Assembly: GCA_031385045.1 (NCBI GenBank)
Contig: JANNBC010000024.1
Span: 64,001 to 128,000, forward strand
From: a bacterium
GTDB lineage: Bacteria > Bdellovibrionota_C > UBA2361 > CALJRW01
Length of the DNA: 64,000 bases
Reading direction: 5' to 3'
Shown one piece after another: positions 52,157 to 61,814 of the stretch (within the stretch, counting starts at the first letter, position 1; each line of letters begins with the position of its first letter). Position numbers and translations under genes: made by a program. Below the pieces are notes generated by a model. The model worked only from the letters and a program-made list of their open reading frames with translations, was not told the DNA's origin and searched no databases.

Positions 52157-52969
52157 ATGAGCTTTACACAAAAGTCCCTTTTAATCTGTCCACCTGATCA
52201 TTTTGATGTGATTTATGAAATCAACGCCTGGATGAATGTTGAGCAGAAGCCTAATCACTCCATAGCTCGAGAGCAATGGCACCAATATGAAAATATTTTA
52301 GCGATGCTTGATTTTGATTTATATTACCTAGAGCCACAACTAGGTGTGCCAGATTTAGTATTTACAGCTAATCATGGCTTAGTTCGTGGGAATAAAGTTG
52401 TTTTAGCCAAGATGAAACATCAAGAAAGGCAACTAGAGGAGCCTTATTATAGCAAATGGTTCCAAGATGCTGGATTAGAAATTTATACCCCCCAGAAAGG
52501 ATTTTACGAAGGAGAAGGAGATTCCTTTATTATTGGTGATACACTGTATTATGGACATGGATTTAGAAGTGAGACTCCCGTTGCTGAGGAAATTAAAGAT
52601 TTCCTAGGCCTTTCCAAAATTATTTATGTCAAATTAACTGATCCGTATTTTTATCATTTCGATACTTGCTTTACTCCCTTAGGGAAAGATTTGGTGATGC
52701 TCTATGAGGGGGCAATCGCTAGTGAAAGCCTAGCTGCAATTAAGCAGGAAATGGAAGTGATTAGTGTGTCTAAGGAAGAAGCCCATCGCTTCTGTTGTAA
52801 TGCGGTTGTTTCTGGAAAAGATATTGTGATGCCAGAAGGTTGTTTTCAGGTTTATTTAGAGTTAGCTAATAGGGGTTATAGTCCATACCAAGTTCAATTA
52901 AACCAGTATTTAAAAGCTGGAGGAGCAGCAAAGTGTCTTTGTTTAAAGCTTTACAATGATTTAAGTTAA
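52157..52969 (+). CDS. Amidinotransferase/dimethylarginine dimethylaminohydrolase family
   Basis: PDLVFTAN, EGEGD, YHFDT, GGAAKC. Confidence 0.9.
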   Translation: MSFTQKSLLICPPDHFDVIYEINAWMNVEQKPNHSIAREQWHQYENILAMLDFDLYYLEPQLGVPDLVFTANHGLVRGNKVVLAKMKHQERQLEEPYYSKWFQDAGLEIYTPQKGFYEGEGDSFIIGDTLYYGHGFRSETPVAEEIKDFLGLSKIIYVKLTDPYFYHFDTCFTPLGKDLVMLYEGAIASESLAAIKQEMEVISVSKEEAHRFCCNAVVSGKDIVMPEGCFQVYLELANRGYSPYQVQLNQYLKAGGAAKCLCLKLYNDLS

Positions 52970-53209
52970 ATTTTTTATCGATTAAGCAATTTAAGTTTTA
53001 TTGTAAAAAATTGTTTAAGTGAATGACTTAAATGATCAAATTTAATTTGTTGATTCTTGCTTAAGTCAAAATTATTTGAAGTTACTTGTGTACATTAAAA
53101 CCGATTAACCTTCTCTTAACTGCTTGAAAAAAAGCCTCGTCTTTCTAAGTTTCTTAGAGCTTTTGTATATAATTCCTGCGGGGCTCAAGGCTTCCAATGT
53201 AAATTATAT

Positions 53210-53602
53210 TTATGTAAGATTAGAACTTTCAATTATTGCTAAGACATCAGCTGTTTCAATGATCCTTAAACGATCGTCCCAAGGAACTTTAATGCCAATT
53301 GCTTTTTCAATTAAAACAAGAGCATCTTGTGGGATTCCACTAATGTTTGTTGGTTCCTCATCATCTTCTTCATTCGCCATAGCAACGGCAACTACTTGAG
53401 CAATCACTGACTCGGACAAATTTTCTTTGGCATTATCAGGGATATATAATCCACCGCGAGATTTATCTTGATGATCTAGAATTTTAACTAAAACTCTCAT
53501 TCCCAGAGGGTTGATGCTATGGACTGTTTTTGCATCAATTACGAAAGAGGCATTGTCATTTATGGAGTTATTCATTTCTTCGTTTTTTTTGTTTTGATTC
53601 AT
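53210..53602 (-). CDS. GroES-like co-chaperonin, orphan
   Basis: PLGMRVLVK, SRGGLYIPDNAKE, VVAV, DVLAII. Confidence 0.8.
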   Translation of the reverse strand: MNQNKKNEEMNNSINDNASFVIDAKTVHSINPLGMRVLVKILDHQDKSRGGLYIPDNAKENLSESVIAQVVAVAMANEEDDEEPTNISGIPQDALVLIEKAIGIKVPWDDRLRIIETADVLAIIESSNLT

Positions 53603-53642
53603 TGGTTAATGTATCTAACAGTATAGTAAATAATTAGACTAC

Positions 53643-54398
53643 TCAATTATGACGAGCATAGCGACTAGAATTGACGTAAAAATCTTTTAAACTTAGGGCA
53701 AAGGCCCTTTGAAAGGCTTCGGGTTCCTTAGATTTCAGTAGTTTTAGATAAATTCGTAACCTTCCTGTATTGGTAACTTTTAGTAAATAGGCAAACATCA
53801 GCTTGGATTGTTTATAGGCAATGATTGCCCGGTCTTTAGAAAGTAAGCTAAAGCTATTTTCTAGTTCGCTAATTTTTAGTTCTGGGACTCGCTGTACCAG
53901 TCTTTGGTCTCTAGATTTTTCTGCTTCAGAGTAATGTCCTTCCATGAATTGGGCGAGCCCTTCATCAAACCAAACTGGTGTTTTGCCGGAGGCTAGACAA
54001 TCAAGATAGGCATGAGTTAGTTCGTGTTTTAATGTTCTAGAAATTTGATTTGGTGAATTAGTAATGGAGTAGTTTAGGAAAATACTTTCTTTGGCATAAA
54101 ATCCATTGGGTTTTAGGTTAGAATTTAAAATAGAATTAAATTGCTGATTAGAGACTAGAAATAAACGGGGACCTGGGCAGGTAGGTAATGGAAAAATTTG
54201 TAGTAATTCTTGATTCGCCTCATTCCAAGAGCGCTTAATTCTACCTAAGTGTGGATCCCAGATTTGATCTTCAACTTGATAGTTAAGTACCCAAGGTTTT
54301 TTAGGTAGAAGATTATTACTTGCTGAGCATCCAGTTAGTAAACAGACGATACTAACTAGAACTATTAGATAATAATTGTAAGTCCGATTTTTATCCAA
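53643..54398 (-). CDS. Peptidase MA-like zinc metallopeptidase lipoprotein
   Basis: LTGC lipobox, HELTH, PVWFDEGLA. Confidence 0.8.
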   Translation of the reverse strand: MDKNRTYNYYLIVLVSIVCLLTGCSASNNLLPKKPWVLNYQVEDQIWDPHLGRIKRSWNEANQELLQIFPLPTCPGPRLFLVSNQQFNSILNSNLKPNGFYAKESIFLNYSITNSPNQISRTLKHELTHAYLDCLASGKTPVWFDEGLAQFMEGHYSEAEKSRDQRLVQRVPELKISELENSFSLLSKDRAIIAYKQSKLMFAYLLKVTNTGRLRIYLKLLKSKEPEAFQRAFALSLKDFYVNSSRYARHN

Positions 54399-55365
54399 GA
54401 ATTTGTTTAATTTCTTTTAAGCACATTTCTACATTAGGTCGAATATAATTCTCTAATACTTTGGAATATGGCATTGGTACGTCCATTGTAGAGACAAGTC
54501 CAACTGGAGCATCTAACTGATCAAAGATCTCTCTTTGGATCATGTGTGAAAGATATGCTCCATAACTAGCAGTTTCAAATTGATCTTGAATAATAATACA
54601 GCGGTGAGTTTTAGAAACCGATTTTAAGACTGCTTCCTTATCTAATGGTCGAAGAGTTCGAAGATCTAGGACCTCAGCATTAATACCCTGTTCTGCAAGT
54701 TTCTCAGCAACTTCCAAAGTAATAAATACTGAGCGCGACCAAGAGATTAGGGTTACATCAGTTCCTTCTCTTTTAATGTCAGCTTTGCCAATTGGAATTA
54801 TATATTCTTCTTCTGGGACATTACCTCGAAGTCCATAAGTTAGTTCTGCTTCTAAGAAAATAACTGGATCATTATTGCGGATAGCGCTTTTTAGAAGACC
54901 TTTAGTATCATAAGGCGTGGAAGGTGCAATTACTACTAAGCCTGGAGTATTAGCATAAATTCCTTCTAGGTAATTTACGTGTTGGGCACCAAGTTGAAAG
55001 GCGCCACCATTTGCTCCGCGAAAAACCATAGGGCAAGTTAACTGTCCGGCAGACATTAGGTGCGCTTTGGCAGCACTGTTGATAATTTGATCAATTGCTA
55101 CAAGTGAGAAGTTAAACGTCATAAACTCGACAATTGGCCTTAGACCACAAAGAGCAGCGCCAACTCCAATTCCTGAGAATCCTGTTTCAGCAATTGGAGC
55201 ATCGATTACTCTTTTAGCACCGAATTCTTCTAACATTCCCTTGGAGCATTTATAAGCACCATTGTAGGCACCAACTTCTTCACCAACTAAAAAGACATTT
55301 GGATCATGACGCATTTCTTCACTCATTGCTTCACGGATTGCATCTCTCATCATAATTTCACGCAT
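54391..55365 (-). CDS. pdhB: Pyruvate dehydrogenase E1 beta subunit
   Basis: GEEVG.YNGAYK, PIAE, EFMTFNF, DLRTLRPLD. Confidence 0.94.
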   Translation of the reverse strand: MREIMMRDAIREAMSEEMRHDPNVFLVGEEVGAYNGAYKCSKGMLEEFGAKRVIDAPIAETGFSGIGVGAALCGLRPIVEFMTFNFSLVAIDQIINSAAKAHLMSAGQLTCPMVFRGANGGAFQLGAQHVNYLEGIYANTPGLVVIAPSTPYDTKGLLKSAIRNNDPVIFLEAELTYGLRGNVPEEEYIIPIGKADIKREGTDVTLISWSRSVFITLEVAEKLAEQGINAEVLDLRTLRPLDKEAVLKSVSKTHRCIIIQDQFETASYGAYLSHMIQREIFDQLDAPVGLVSTMDVPMPYSKVLENYIRPNVEMCLKEIKQILG

Positions 55366-55392
55366 TGGGGGAACTCCTAAGTAAATGATGTA

Positions 55393-56352
55393 TTATTGTT
55401 TTAGATCAAAGTAAGTATATTTGGCGGCATCAGCAGTGTCCGGAAATGGAGAGCTTTCAGCAAACTCCAAGCCTTCAGCAATTTCTGCTTCAATTTGTTT
55501 AATAACTCTTTCTCTGGTTTCTGAAAGTCCAAGCTCATTTAGCTTGTCCGCCAAAACTAAAATTGGATCACGACTTCTCCACGCCTCAATATCATCTTTA
55601 GTGCGATAATTGCCTGGGTCGGCCATGGAGTGTCCACGGTAGCGATAAGTTTTTGCTTCAATTAGCGTTGGTTGATTTTGTTCACGAGCTCGTTTAGCTG
55701 CCTTGTGAACAGCAGCTCGAACGGCAAAGATGTCGTGTCCATCAACAGATTCTCGGGCCATTGGGTAGCCTAAAGCACGAATCGAAAGATCTTCACTTGT
55801 TGCAGTTTTCTCTAATGGAGTGCCCATTGCAAAGTGATTATTCTCAATAATAAAAATCGCAGGTAATTCCCAAAGAGCAGCTAGGGCTAATCCTTCATGA
55901 AAAGCACCAATATTAATTGAGCCATCACCAAGAAAACTTAGGCTGATATTTTTATTCCCTTTATACTTATTTGCAAAAGCCATACCAGCCGCCATTGGGA
56001 TTTGTCCACCAATAATTGCCCAGCCACCATAAAAAGCATGTTCAACATCAAAAAAGTGCATCGAGCCACCACGTCCTTTGGAACATCCCGTAACTTTACC
56101 AAGTAACTCGGAGAAACCAGCTTTGACGGAACCGCCACGAGCTAAATAGTGTCCATGGCAACGATAGGAAGTTAAAATTTGATCCTGTGGATCAAGAACG
56201 GATAATGCTCCAACAGCAACTGCTTCTTGTCCAATATAAAGGTGTAGAAATCCACCGATCTTTCTTTCGGTATAGAGACGCGCAGCTTCTTCTTCAAATC
56301 TTCTGATTCGTAACATGTTTGTGTAGAGCTGGGTAATTAAGTCTTGATCCAT
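55393..56352 (-). CDS. pdhA: Pyruvate dehydrogenase E1 alpha subunit
   Basis: GFLHLYIGQEA, GRGGSMH, GDG, YRYRGHSMADP. Confidence 0.95.
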   Translation of the reverse strand: MDQDLITQLYTNMLRIRRFEEEAARLYTERKIGGFLHLYIGQEAVAVGALSVLDPQDQILTSYRCHGHYLARGGSVKAGFSELLGKVTGCSKGRGGSMHFFDVEHAFYGGWAIIGGQIPMAAGMAFANKYKGNKNISLSFLGDGSINIGAFHEGLALAALWELPAIFIIENNHFAMGTPLEKTATSEDLSIRALGYPMARESVDGHDIFAVRAAVHKAAKRAREQNQPTLIEAKTYRYRGHSMADPGNYRTKDDIEAWRSRDPILVLADKLNELGLSETRERVIKQIEAEIAEGLEFAESSPFPDTADAAKYTYFDLKQ

Positions 56353-56702
56353 AATAATTTACTTGATGCTTAAACAATTCAAATACCGAAGGCAGAAGTT
56401 AGCAAAATTCATTATTAGTGGCAATTAGCTTGTCGAATGAGTTAATCAAACAAAAAGTATAAAACTAACAATCTCTTACAAAACTTGGGGAGGCACCTGT
56501 GGCGTTTTTTGGACTTGAGATACTAAGCGCCTTTGAATTTTCGGTAATTTCGATTTTGCTAGTTATAATAGTCGATAATTATCATGATTATTGATTAATT
56601 ATTTGGATAAATCTTTTTATTAAGGGGGCAAACTTTTTGTTGAAAACTATTTTAATATGCTGATATGATGACATAAATTACCCATCTTTAAAGAATTCAA
56701 TT

Positions 56703-57272
56703 GTGAATAGTTTTGACCTCTACTTTACAAGTAGTCCAGATCTGCAACTAGTCAAGACGTGCTTTTATTTTAATTTCAATGCTCCAATCATCACTGTTCG
56801 TGGCAAGAATTTTACACATTCTGGACAGTCAGGCAGTTTTCTTTGGTCAAGTGGTGTAAAGTCTTTAGCTTATTTCTTGATTCAGTCAGTTTGCTTATCC
56901 CAGATGGGTTCAAAGAATGTTTTTATTTTATCTGGTGCTAAAAAAAGTTTAGCTCATAGTTTATCTCTAACTATAATAAAGGAGCCTAATTGGTTGGCAG
57001 AGATGTTTGGGGTTGATGTTCAAGGCAATACTCGTGCCAGAAAACTGCTACAAATCAGAAATCAATATTATAATCTGGGAAACTTAGTTGAAATAAGTCT
57101 AAATACACAATTTTTAGCATTAACAGAGATTAATTTTTATTTAAATGATCAAAAACAAACTAGTATTAAAAGTTTGATCCAATTACGTGAGTCCTTAGAC
57201 ATTGCCTTACAGGATAGTAAACGACAGAATGAACAGGCACAGGTCACTCAGCTAGGCTTTGATTTTCTTTAG
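56703..57272 (+). CDS. Hypothetical protein
   Basis: 189-aa ORF with GTG start; no family recognised. Confidence 0.55.
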   Translation: MNSFDLYFTSSPDLQLVKTCFYFNFNAPIITVRGKNFTHSGQSGSFLWSSGVKSLAYFLIQSVCLSQMGSKNVFILSGAKKSLAHSLSLTIIKEPNWLAEMFGVDVQGNTRARKLLQIRNQYYNLGNLVEISLNTQFLALTEINFYLNDQKQTSIKSLIQLRESLDIALQDSKRQNEQAQVTQLGFDFL

Positions 57273-57349
57273 AAAAACTCTTCTTTCTTCAAGTCATTGA
57301 TAAAAGTTTCAAATGCTAATGGCGAAATTATTGGAATTGATTTAAGGTT

Positions 57350-57417
57350 TATAGTTATGACAAAAAGTATTTTCCGAGTATTTAAAAGTCAGTTTTGTGT
57401 TTTTTGTCATAACTATA
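57350..57417. repeat. Perfect 17-bp inverted repeat with 34-bp spacer
   Basis: tatagttatgacaaaaa (57350-57366) / tttttgtcataactata (57401-57417). Confidence 0.9.
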
Positions 57418-57486
57418 TGATTTTATTATCCCTCTGGAGATAGTAAGCCCTGTTGGCGTTTAAAGATTTTATTTTAAACTACGTAA

Positions 57487-58245
57487 ATGTTTAAGAAATT
57501 GTTAGTAATATTAGCTCTGGTACTTGGAATTAGCACTTGGGTGCAGGCCGAAGATATTTATGATCCTTGGGAGAAAACTAACCGAACTGTTTTTAATATT
57601 AATGATAAGTTAGATGTTCATCTTCTAGAACCTGTTGCTAGCACTTATGGTAAGATAACTCCCTCTCGTCTTCAGAAAGGGGTTACAAGTTTTTTTGAAA
57701 ACCTTCGATATCCAAGATATCTAGTTAGTGACTTGCTCCAATTAAAATTTGGGCAAGTTCTTACTCATACTGGACGATTTTTAATTAACTCCACAATTGG
57801 ATTGGCAGGAACGATTGATGTTGCTGAAGATTGGGGACTTCCTGAACATTACGAAGATTTTGCAACGGCATTAGCTTACTACGAAGTCCCTGCTGGGCCG
57901 TACATGGTGATCCCTTTTGTTGGTCCAAGCAATGTACGTGATTTTACTGGTAGTATAGTTGACCGACTGTTAAACCCAATTTATTGGCTTGGCCAGTTTG
58001 ACGAAATTGATAGCACCGATGCACTTCGAATTTCAATTGGCACAACTATCTTGGAAGTAATTGACATGCGTTATAATTTAACTGAGGCAATCAATGGCGC
58101 GAAAGAGAGCTCCTTGGATTACTACTCCTTCATGCAGTCTTCTTATTATCAGTACCGAGAAGGATTGGTATATGATGGGGAGAAGCCAAGGACTGGTGCT
58201 GAAAGTGAGAATTGGGATGATGAGCCAGACTGGGACAATCAATAG
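57487..58245 (+). CDS. mlaA: MlaA/VacJ family protein
   Basis: DPWEKTNR, RFLINSTIGLAG..D, EDF, GPY..IPFVGPSNVRD. Confidence 0.9.
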   Translation: MFKKLLVILALVLGISTWVQAEDIYDPWEKTNRTVFNINDKLDVHLLEPVASTYGKITPSRLQKGVTSFFENLRYPRYLVSDLLQLKFGQVLTHTGRFLINSTIGLAGTIDVAEDWGLPEHYEDFATALAYYEVPAGPYMVIPFVGPSNVRDFTGSIVDRLLNPIYWLGQFDEIDSTDALRISIGTTILEVIDMRYNLTEAINGAKESSLDYYSFMQSSYYQYREGLVYDGEKPRTGAESENWDDEPDWDNQ

Positions 58246-58262
58246 TTAATTGAATAGTCAAA

Positions 58263-58853
58263 ATGAATATACATATGATTAAAAATGCTAAGCCTTTATT
58301 GATGGGTGCTCTTGAGCAGAGCGTTACTGTTAAAAAAGAATTAACAGTGGATTTGAATTTTCAAAACTCTTTTCAATTAGCCGCGGAATTACTACTGGCA
58401 ACTCGGATTGCTGGTGGCACAATTTATATCTGTGGAAATGGGGGCTCAGCTTGTGATGCTATGCATTTCAATGAAGAATTGGTTGCTCGCTATGCTAAAG
58501 AGCGTAAGGGGATTAAGTCCCAGCATTTCATGGATATGTCGACAATTACATGCTGGGGAAACGATTATAGCTTTGAAACAATTTTTAGCCGTCAGGTGGA
58601 AACATTTTGTACAAATCAAGATGTTTTAGTTGTTATTAGTACTTCGGGTAATTCTAAGAATATCTTAGCAGCACTTAAGGCTGCTAAAGAGAAGAAAGTG
58701 CCTACGATTCTTTTAACTGGTAAAGATGGCGGGATAGCAAAAACTGTTGCCGATATTTCTTTAATCGTTCCATGTGAAAGGACAGATCGGATTCAAGAGG
58801 TGCATATTTTAGCGATTCATGCTTTTTGTGAATTTTTAGAGCAAGATATGTAG
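58263..58853 (+). CDS. gmhA: D-sedoheptulose-7-phosphate isomerase
   Basis: CGNGGSA.DA.H, NDY, STSGNS, RIQEVH. Confidence 0.92.
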   Translation: MNIHMIKNAKPLLMGALEQSVTVKKELTVDLNFQNSFQLAAELLLATRIAGGTIYICGNGGSACDAMHFNEELVARYAKERKGIKSQHFMDMSTITCWGNDYSFETIFSRQVETFCTNQDVLVVISTSGNSKNILAALKAAKEKKVPTILLTGKDGGIAKTVADISLIVPCERTDRIQEVHILAIHAFCEFLEQDM

Positions 58854-58880
58854 CTGTGATGCTTGATTAACAGTAAAAGA

Positions 58881-59243
58881 TTATTCTGGTAGATTGCTAT
58901 ACTTTGATTTGTTATTGAAACTTTTTTCAACTGGATATTTTAGCTTATTTTTCTTCATCTTGTCTTTAAAAGCCTGAGCTAAATCAATATTTAAATCTTT
59001 AGAAATAATTAAGAGCCAATAGAAAATATCTGCTAGTTCATCAGCTACAGATGTTTGATCTTTCTCAACTTCTTCTAAGAACTCTTCGGAAGTCTTCCAC
59101 TGAATAAGTTCAAGTAGCTCTGCTGATTCCAAATTAAGAGAAATTAACATATCTTTAAGATTGTGAAACTGTTTCCAGTTTCTAGCAGTACGAAACTCTT
59201 CAATCTCTTTGATGAAATCAGCCAGTTGATTATTTTTGTCCAT
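58881..59243 (-). CDS. MazG-like nucleotide pyrophosphohydrolase
   Basis: RNWKQFH, E.AELLE..QW, ELADI, KYP; ATG 59243 preferred. Confidence 0.88.
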   Translation of the reverse strand: MDKNNQLADFIKEIEEFRTARNWKQFHNLKDMLISLNLESAELLELIQWKTSEEFLEEVEKDQTSVADELADIFYWLLIISKDLNIDLAQAFKDKMKKNKLKYPVEKSFNNKSKYSNLPE

Positions 59244-59880
59244 ATTTTTGCTTAATAATCCTAAGCAATTCTTTCGCACTTAGGCAGTTTTCTAATTCCT
59301 TACTAAGAATAGTTAAATCAGCCAAGTTTTGGTAGAGCATTTCGCGTTCTTCAATTAATATTCGAAGCTGGTTTTCAATTTCGGTAGGCTGTGGTGAGCT
59401 TAGTTCTTTTGGAAAGCGATTGTTCCAAAGAATTGGCCGAGGTTCAGTTGAGTAACTTCTAATGATCTTTTCCTGCTGTTCAGATGTTAGCTTTAGATAA
59501 ATTACTAGAAAGTTATCCTTAACTAACTTAAGTGTTTCAGGGGAGCAGTAAATTAAGCTCCCAGTCGAATCTAAGATTGTTGGTTGAGGATCCATTCTGC
59601 CACTTAGTTCGAACATGTATTCGTTTTCTAAATCACGGTAGATTTTTTCTCTTTGCTGGAAGCCGTCCTGCCAAGGGAATCCAAGCCAGGTACCTAAGGA
59701 AGAAATAATTTCATCCGCAGAGCCTATTTTGTGTAGTATATGTTCACAGATTCTTTGGTCGCAGGATACAAGTTGATAGCCTTCTAGCTCAAATTTTTGA
59801 GCCCAGTAGGATTTTCCAACCCCCGACATACCAATTAAACATAGTTTACTAAAGTTTTCAGTTTTTCTGTCGATAAACAT
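59230..59880 (-). CDS. Shikimate kinase-like P-loop kinase
   Basis: IGMSGVGKS, DSTGS, RP, R..LY..LAD. Confidence 0.7.
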   Translation of the reverse strand: MFIDRKTENFSKLCLIGMSGVGKSYWAQKFELEGYQLVSCDQRICEHILHKIGSADEIISSLGTWLGFPWQDGFQQREKIYRDLENEYMFELSGRMDPQPTILDSTGSLIYCSPETLKLVKDNFLVIYLKLTSEQQEKIIRSYSTEPRPILWNNRFPKELSSPQPTEIENQLRILIEEREMLYQNLADLTILSKELENCLSAKELLRIIKQKYGQK

Positions 59881-59963
59881 TATAGAAATAAAGTTACAAA
59901 AAATTTGTTGCTAAACTCAAGTCCTGATGGATATTCCTGTAGGGTGTTGAGCGCAAGTTTACA

Positions 59964-60107
59964 GCGGATGGTTAATGGTTTTCCATTTACCTTTTCTATC
60001 TTAGCCGGGAGGCATTGAATAAAAGACAATGTCTCTCGTCAGCCTAGAAGATGGAAAACTTTGCTAGTAAACCAAGCAGGTTTTATGTTCAAGAAACCGT
60101 TATTCGC
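59964..60107 (+). ncRNA. Candidate rod-shaped structured RNA with central bubble (6S-like shape)
   Basis: Nested stems gcgga..taatggttt/aaaccgttattcgc, ttttctatctt/aagatggaaaa, gggaggcattg/caatgtctctc; G-U pairs favour the + strand. Confidence 0.45.
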
Positions 60108-60197
60108 GATTAGTGTACATGTTTGTTGTACATTATTGTACGATATGACAAATTTTGTACTATTTAGCTTACCCCTGTGTTTCACTAAATCCTATTA

Positions 60198-60210
60198 AAT
60201 CAACATCTTA
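60198..60210 (+). promoter_or_regulatory. IHF binding site
   Basis: AATCAACATCTTA is an exact match to WATCAANNNNTTR. Confidence 0.65.
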
Positions 60211-60236
60211 GCAATACAAGACGAGTCCCTACAGTT

Positions 60237-60252
60237 TGGCATAATCCTTGCA
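60237..60252 (+). promoter_or_regulatory. Sigma-54 (-24/-12) promoter of fliA
   Basis: TGGCATAATCCTTGCA, GG-N10-GC spacing, ~50 bp before the ATG. Confidence 0.8.
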
Positions 60253-60303
60253 CTAATAAAAGTATAATTCGCATTATGGTTTTAGGTTTTAAAGGGTTTT
60301 GTC

Positions 60304-61062
60304 ATGTCAGCATTAACGCAGTTTAAAGTTGAAGATTATTTAAGTTTTAGTCCGCTAGAACAAGAAGAAATCATCAAGTCTTATATTCCATTAGTAAAGC
60401 GCGTAGTTCATCGCTTAGCTGGAAGATTACCAAAAGATGTCGATTTAAAAGAAATGCTCAATTCAGGTCTGATTGGCTTGGTTGATGCTTTAGAGAAATT
60501 TGATTCTGCCAAGGAAACAAGTTTTGCAACTTATGCTCAGTTTCGTATCCGTGGAGCAATATTAGATAGTTTTAGATCTCAAGATTGGATGCCTCGTTCT
60601 ATCAGGGCTAGAGCTAATCAGATTGAGAAAGCTTATAAATTAGTAGAACAGAAATTAGGTCGCGCTGCTAGTGACAAGGAAGTTGCTGGGGAATTAGGTC
60701 TTAACTTAGAAGATTTTAGAACGCAATTAGGTCAAGTAAGTAATGCAGTAATGTATAGTTTTGAAGAGATTGGCTTTGGTCATGGGGATGATCGGTTTCA
60801 ATCAGAATATTCATCTAAAATCAATCAAGATCCAGCGGATCGAATGATTTCAAAACAAAGAGTTGAGTTATTAGCGAGAGCATTGGAGCGATTAACGTAT
60901 AAAGAAAGATTAGTTGTTACCTTACATTTTTATGAAGAGTTAAGTTTAAAAGAAATCGGAGATATCTTAGAACTTACCGAGTCTCGTATTTCTCAAATTC
61001 GAACTAGAGCGTTAATCCGTTTAAAGAACTGCTTACATACAGTTGTTCGCGGGGAAGCCTAG
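60304..61062 (+). CDS. fliA: FliA/WhiG (sigma-28) family sigma factor
   Basis: YIPLVKRV, GLIGLVDA, FATYAQFRIRGAILD..R..DW.PRS, LTESRISQ. Confidence 0.92.
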   Translation: MSALTQFKVEDYLSFSPLEQEEIIKSYIPLVKRVVHRLAGRLPKDVDLKEMLNSGLIGLVDALEKFDSAKETSFATYAQFRIRGAILDSFRSQDWMPRSIRARANQIEKAYKLVEQKLGRAASDKEVAGELGLNLEDFRTQLGQVSNAVMYSFEEIGFGHGDDRFQSEYSSKINQDPADRMISKQRVELLARALERLTYKERLVVTLHFYEELSLKEIGDILELTESRISQIRTRALIRLKNCLHTVVRGEA

Positions 61063-61118
61063 TACAGATAATTCCTACGCAACTTTAAAAAGTAGCAATC
61101 TTATGCCAAGATTGGCCA

Positions 61119-61808
61119 ATGTTAAATCGTTGGCTAATCTTGATTTTTTGTTTTTTTGCAACTTCAGTCACTGTTAGTGCCGAGACATCATCTCAGACAT
61201 GGGCAGCTATGAGTGTTGACTTACCAATCATCCAAGACTCTAGTCAGTATCGTTTGTATTTAGAGGGGCAACCTCGTTACAATTTCTCTGAACATCGAAT
61301 TGAGAAAGTTTATTTAAATTCTGCTTTGGGATATCGCCTTAGTCCTCAACTTACACTTTGGGTTGGGTATCTTTGGGCTACAACTGGCTACCGTTTGGCT
61401 GATGGAGATCGATTAGTAGAGACTAGGTTTTGGCAACAAATTAATTATAGTCAAAAATATCATGATTTAACAATCGCACATCGTTTGCGACTTGAGGAGC
61501 GAGACGTTGAAGACGATCCTCATTCTGCAGAGCGATTAAGGTATCAATTGCGGGCTAGTCATCCACTCTTTGACTATCAAAATAAGGTAATTGGCATTAC
61601 TTGTTTTGATGAAGTGGCTTATAATCTTCCGACTAGTTCTGCTCAAACTCAGTCCGGGTGGTATCGTAATCGAGCTTTTTTAGGACCTTATTTAACTTAT
61701 CAAAAACTTCGTTGGGAGCTTGGCTATTTAAATGAAAGAATTCAGATTGACGATAAATGGAATCGGAATAATCATATACTACTAACTAGCTTAAGTTTTG
61801 TTTATTAA
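61119..61808 (+). CDS. DUF2490-like outer-membrane beta-barrel protein
   Basis: Signal peptide, ETRFWQQ, HRLRLEER, RLRYQLR, DEV, NRAFLG. Confidence 0.8.
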   Translation: MLNRWLILIFCFFATSVTVSAETSSQTWAAMSVDLPIIQDSSQYRLYLEGQPRYNFSEHRIEKVYLNSALGYRLSPQLTLWVGYLWATTGYRLADGDRLVETRFWQQINYSQKYHDLTIAHRLRLEERDVEDDPHSAERLRYQLRASHPLFDYQNKVIGITCFDEVAYNLPTSSAQTQSGWYRNRAFLGPYLTYQKLRWELGYLNERIQIDDKWNRNNHILLTSLSFVY

Positions 61809-61814
61809 GTCAAT

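Noticed and set aside
61094..61109. Second sigma-54 promoter on the minus strand (TGGCATAAGATTGC)
   Set aside because: GG-to-GC spacing is 9 nt rather than the required 10
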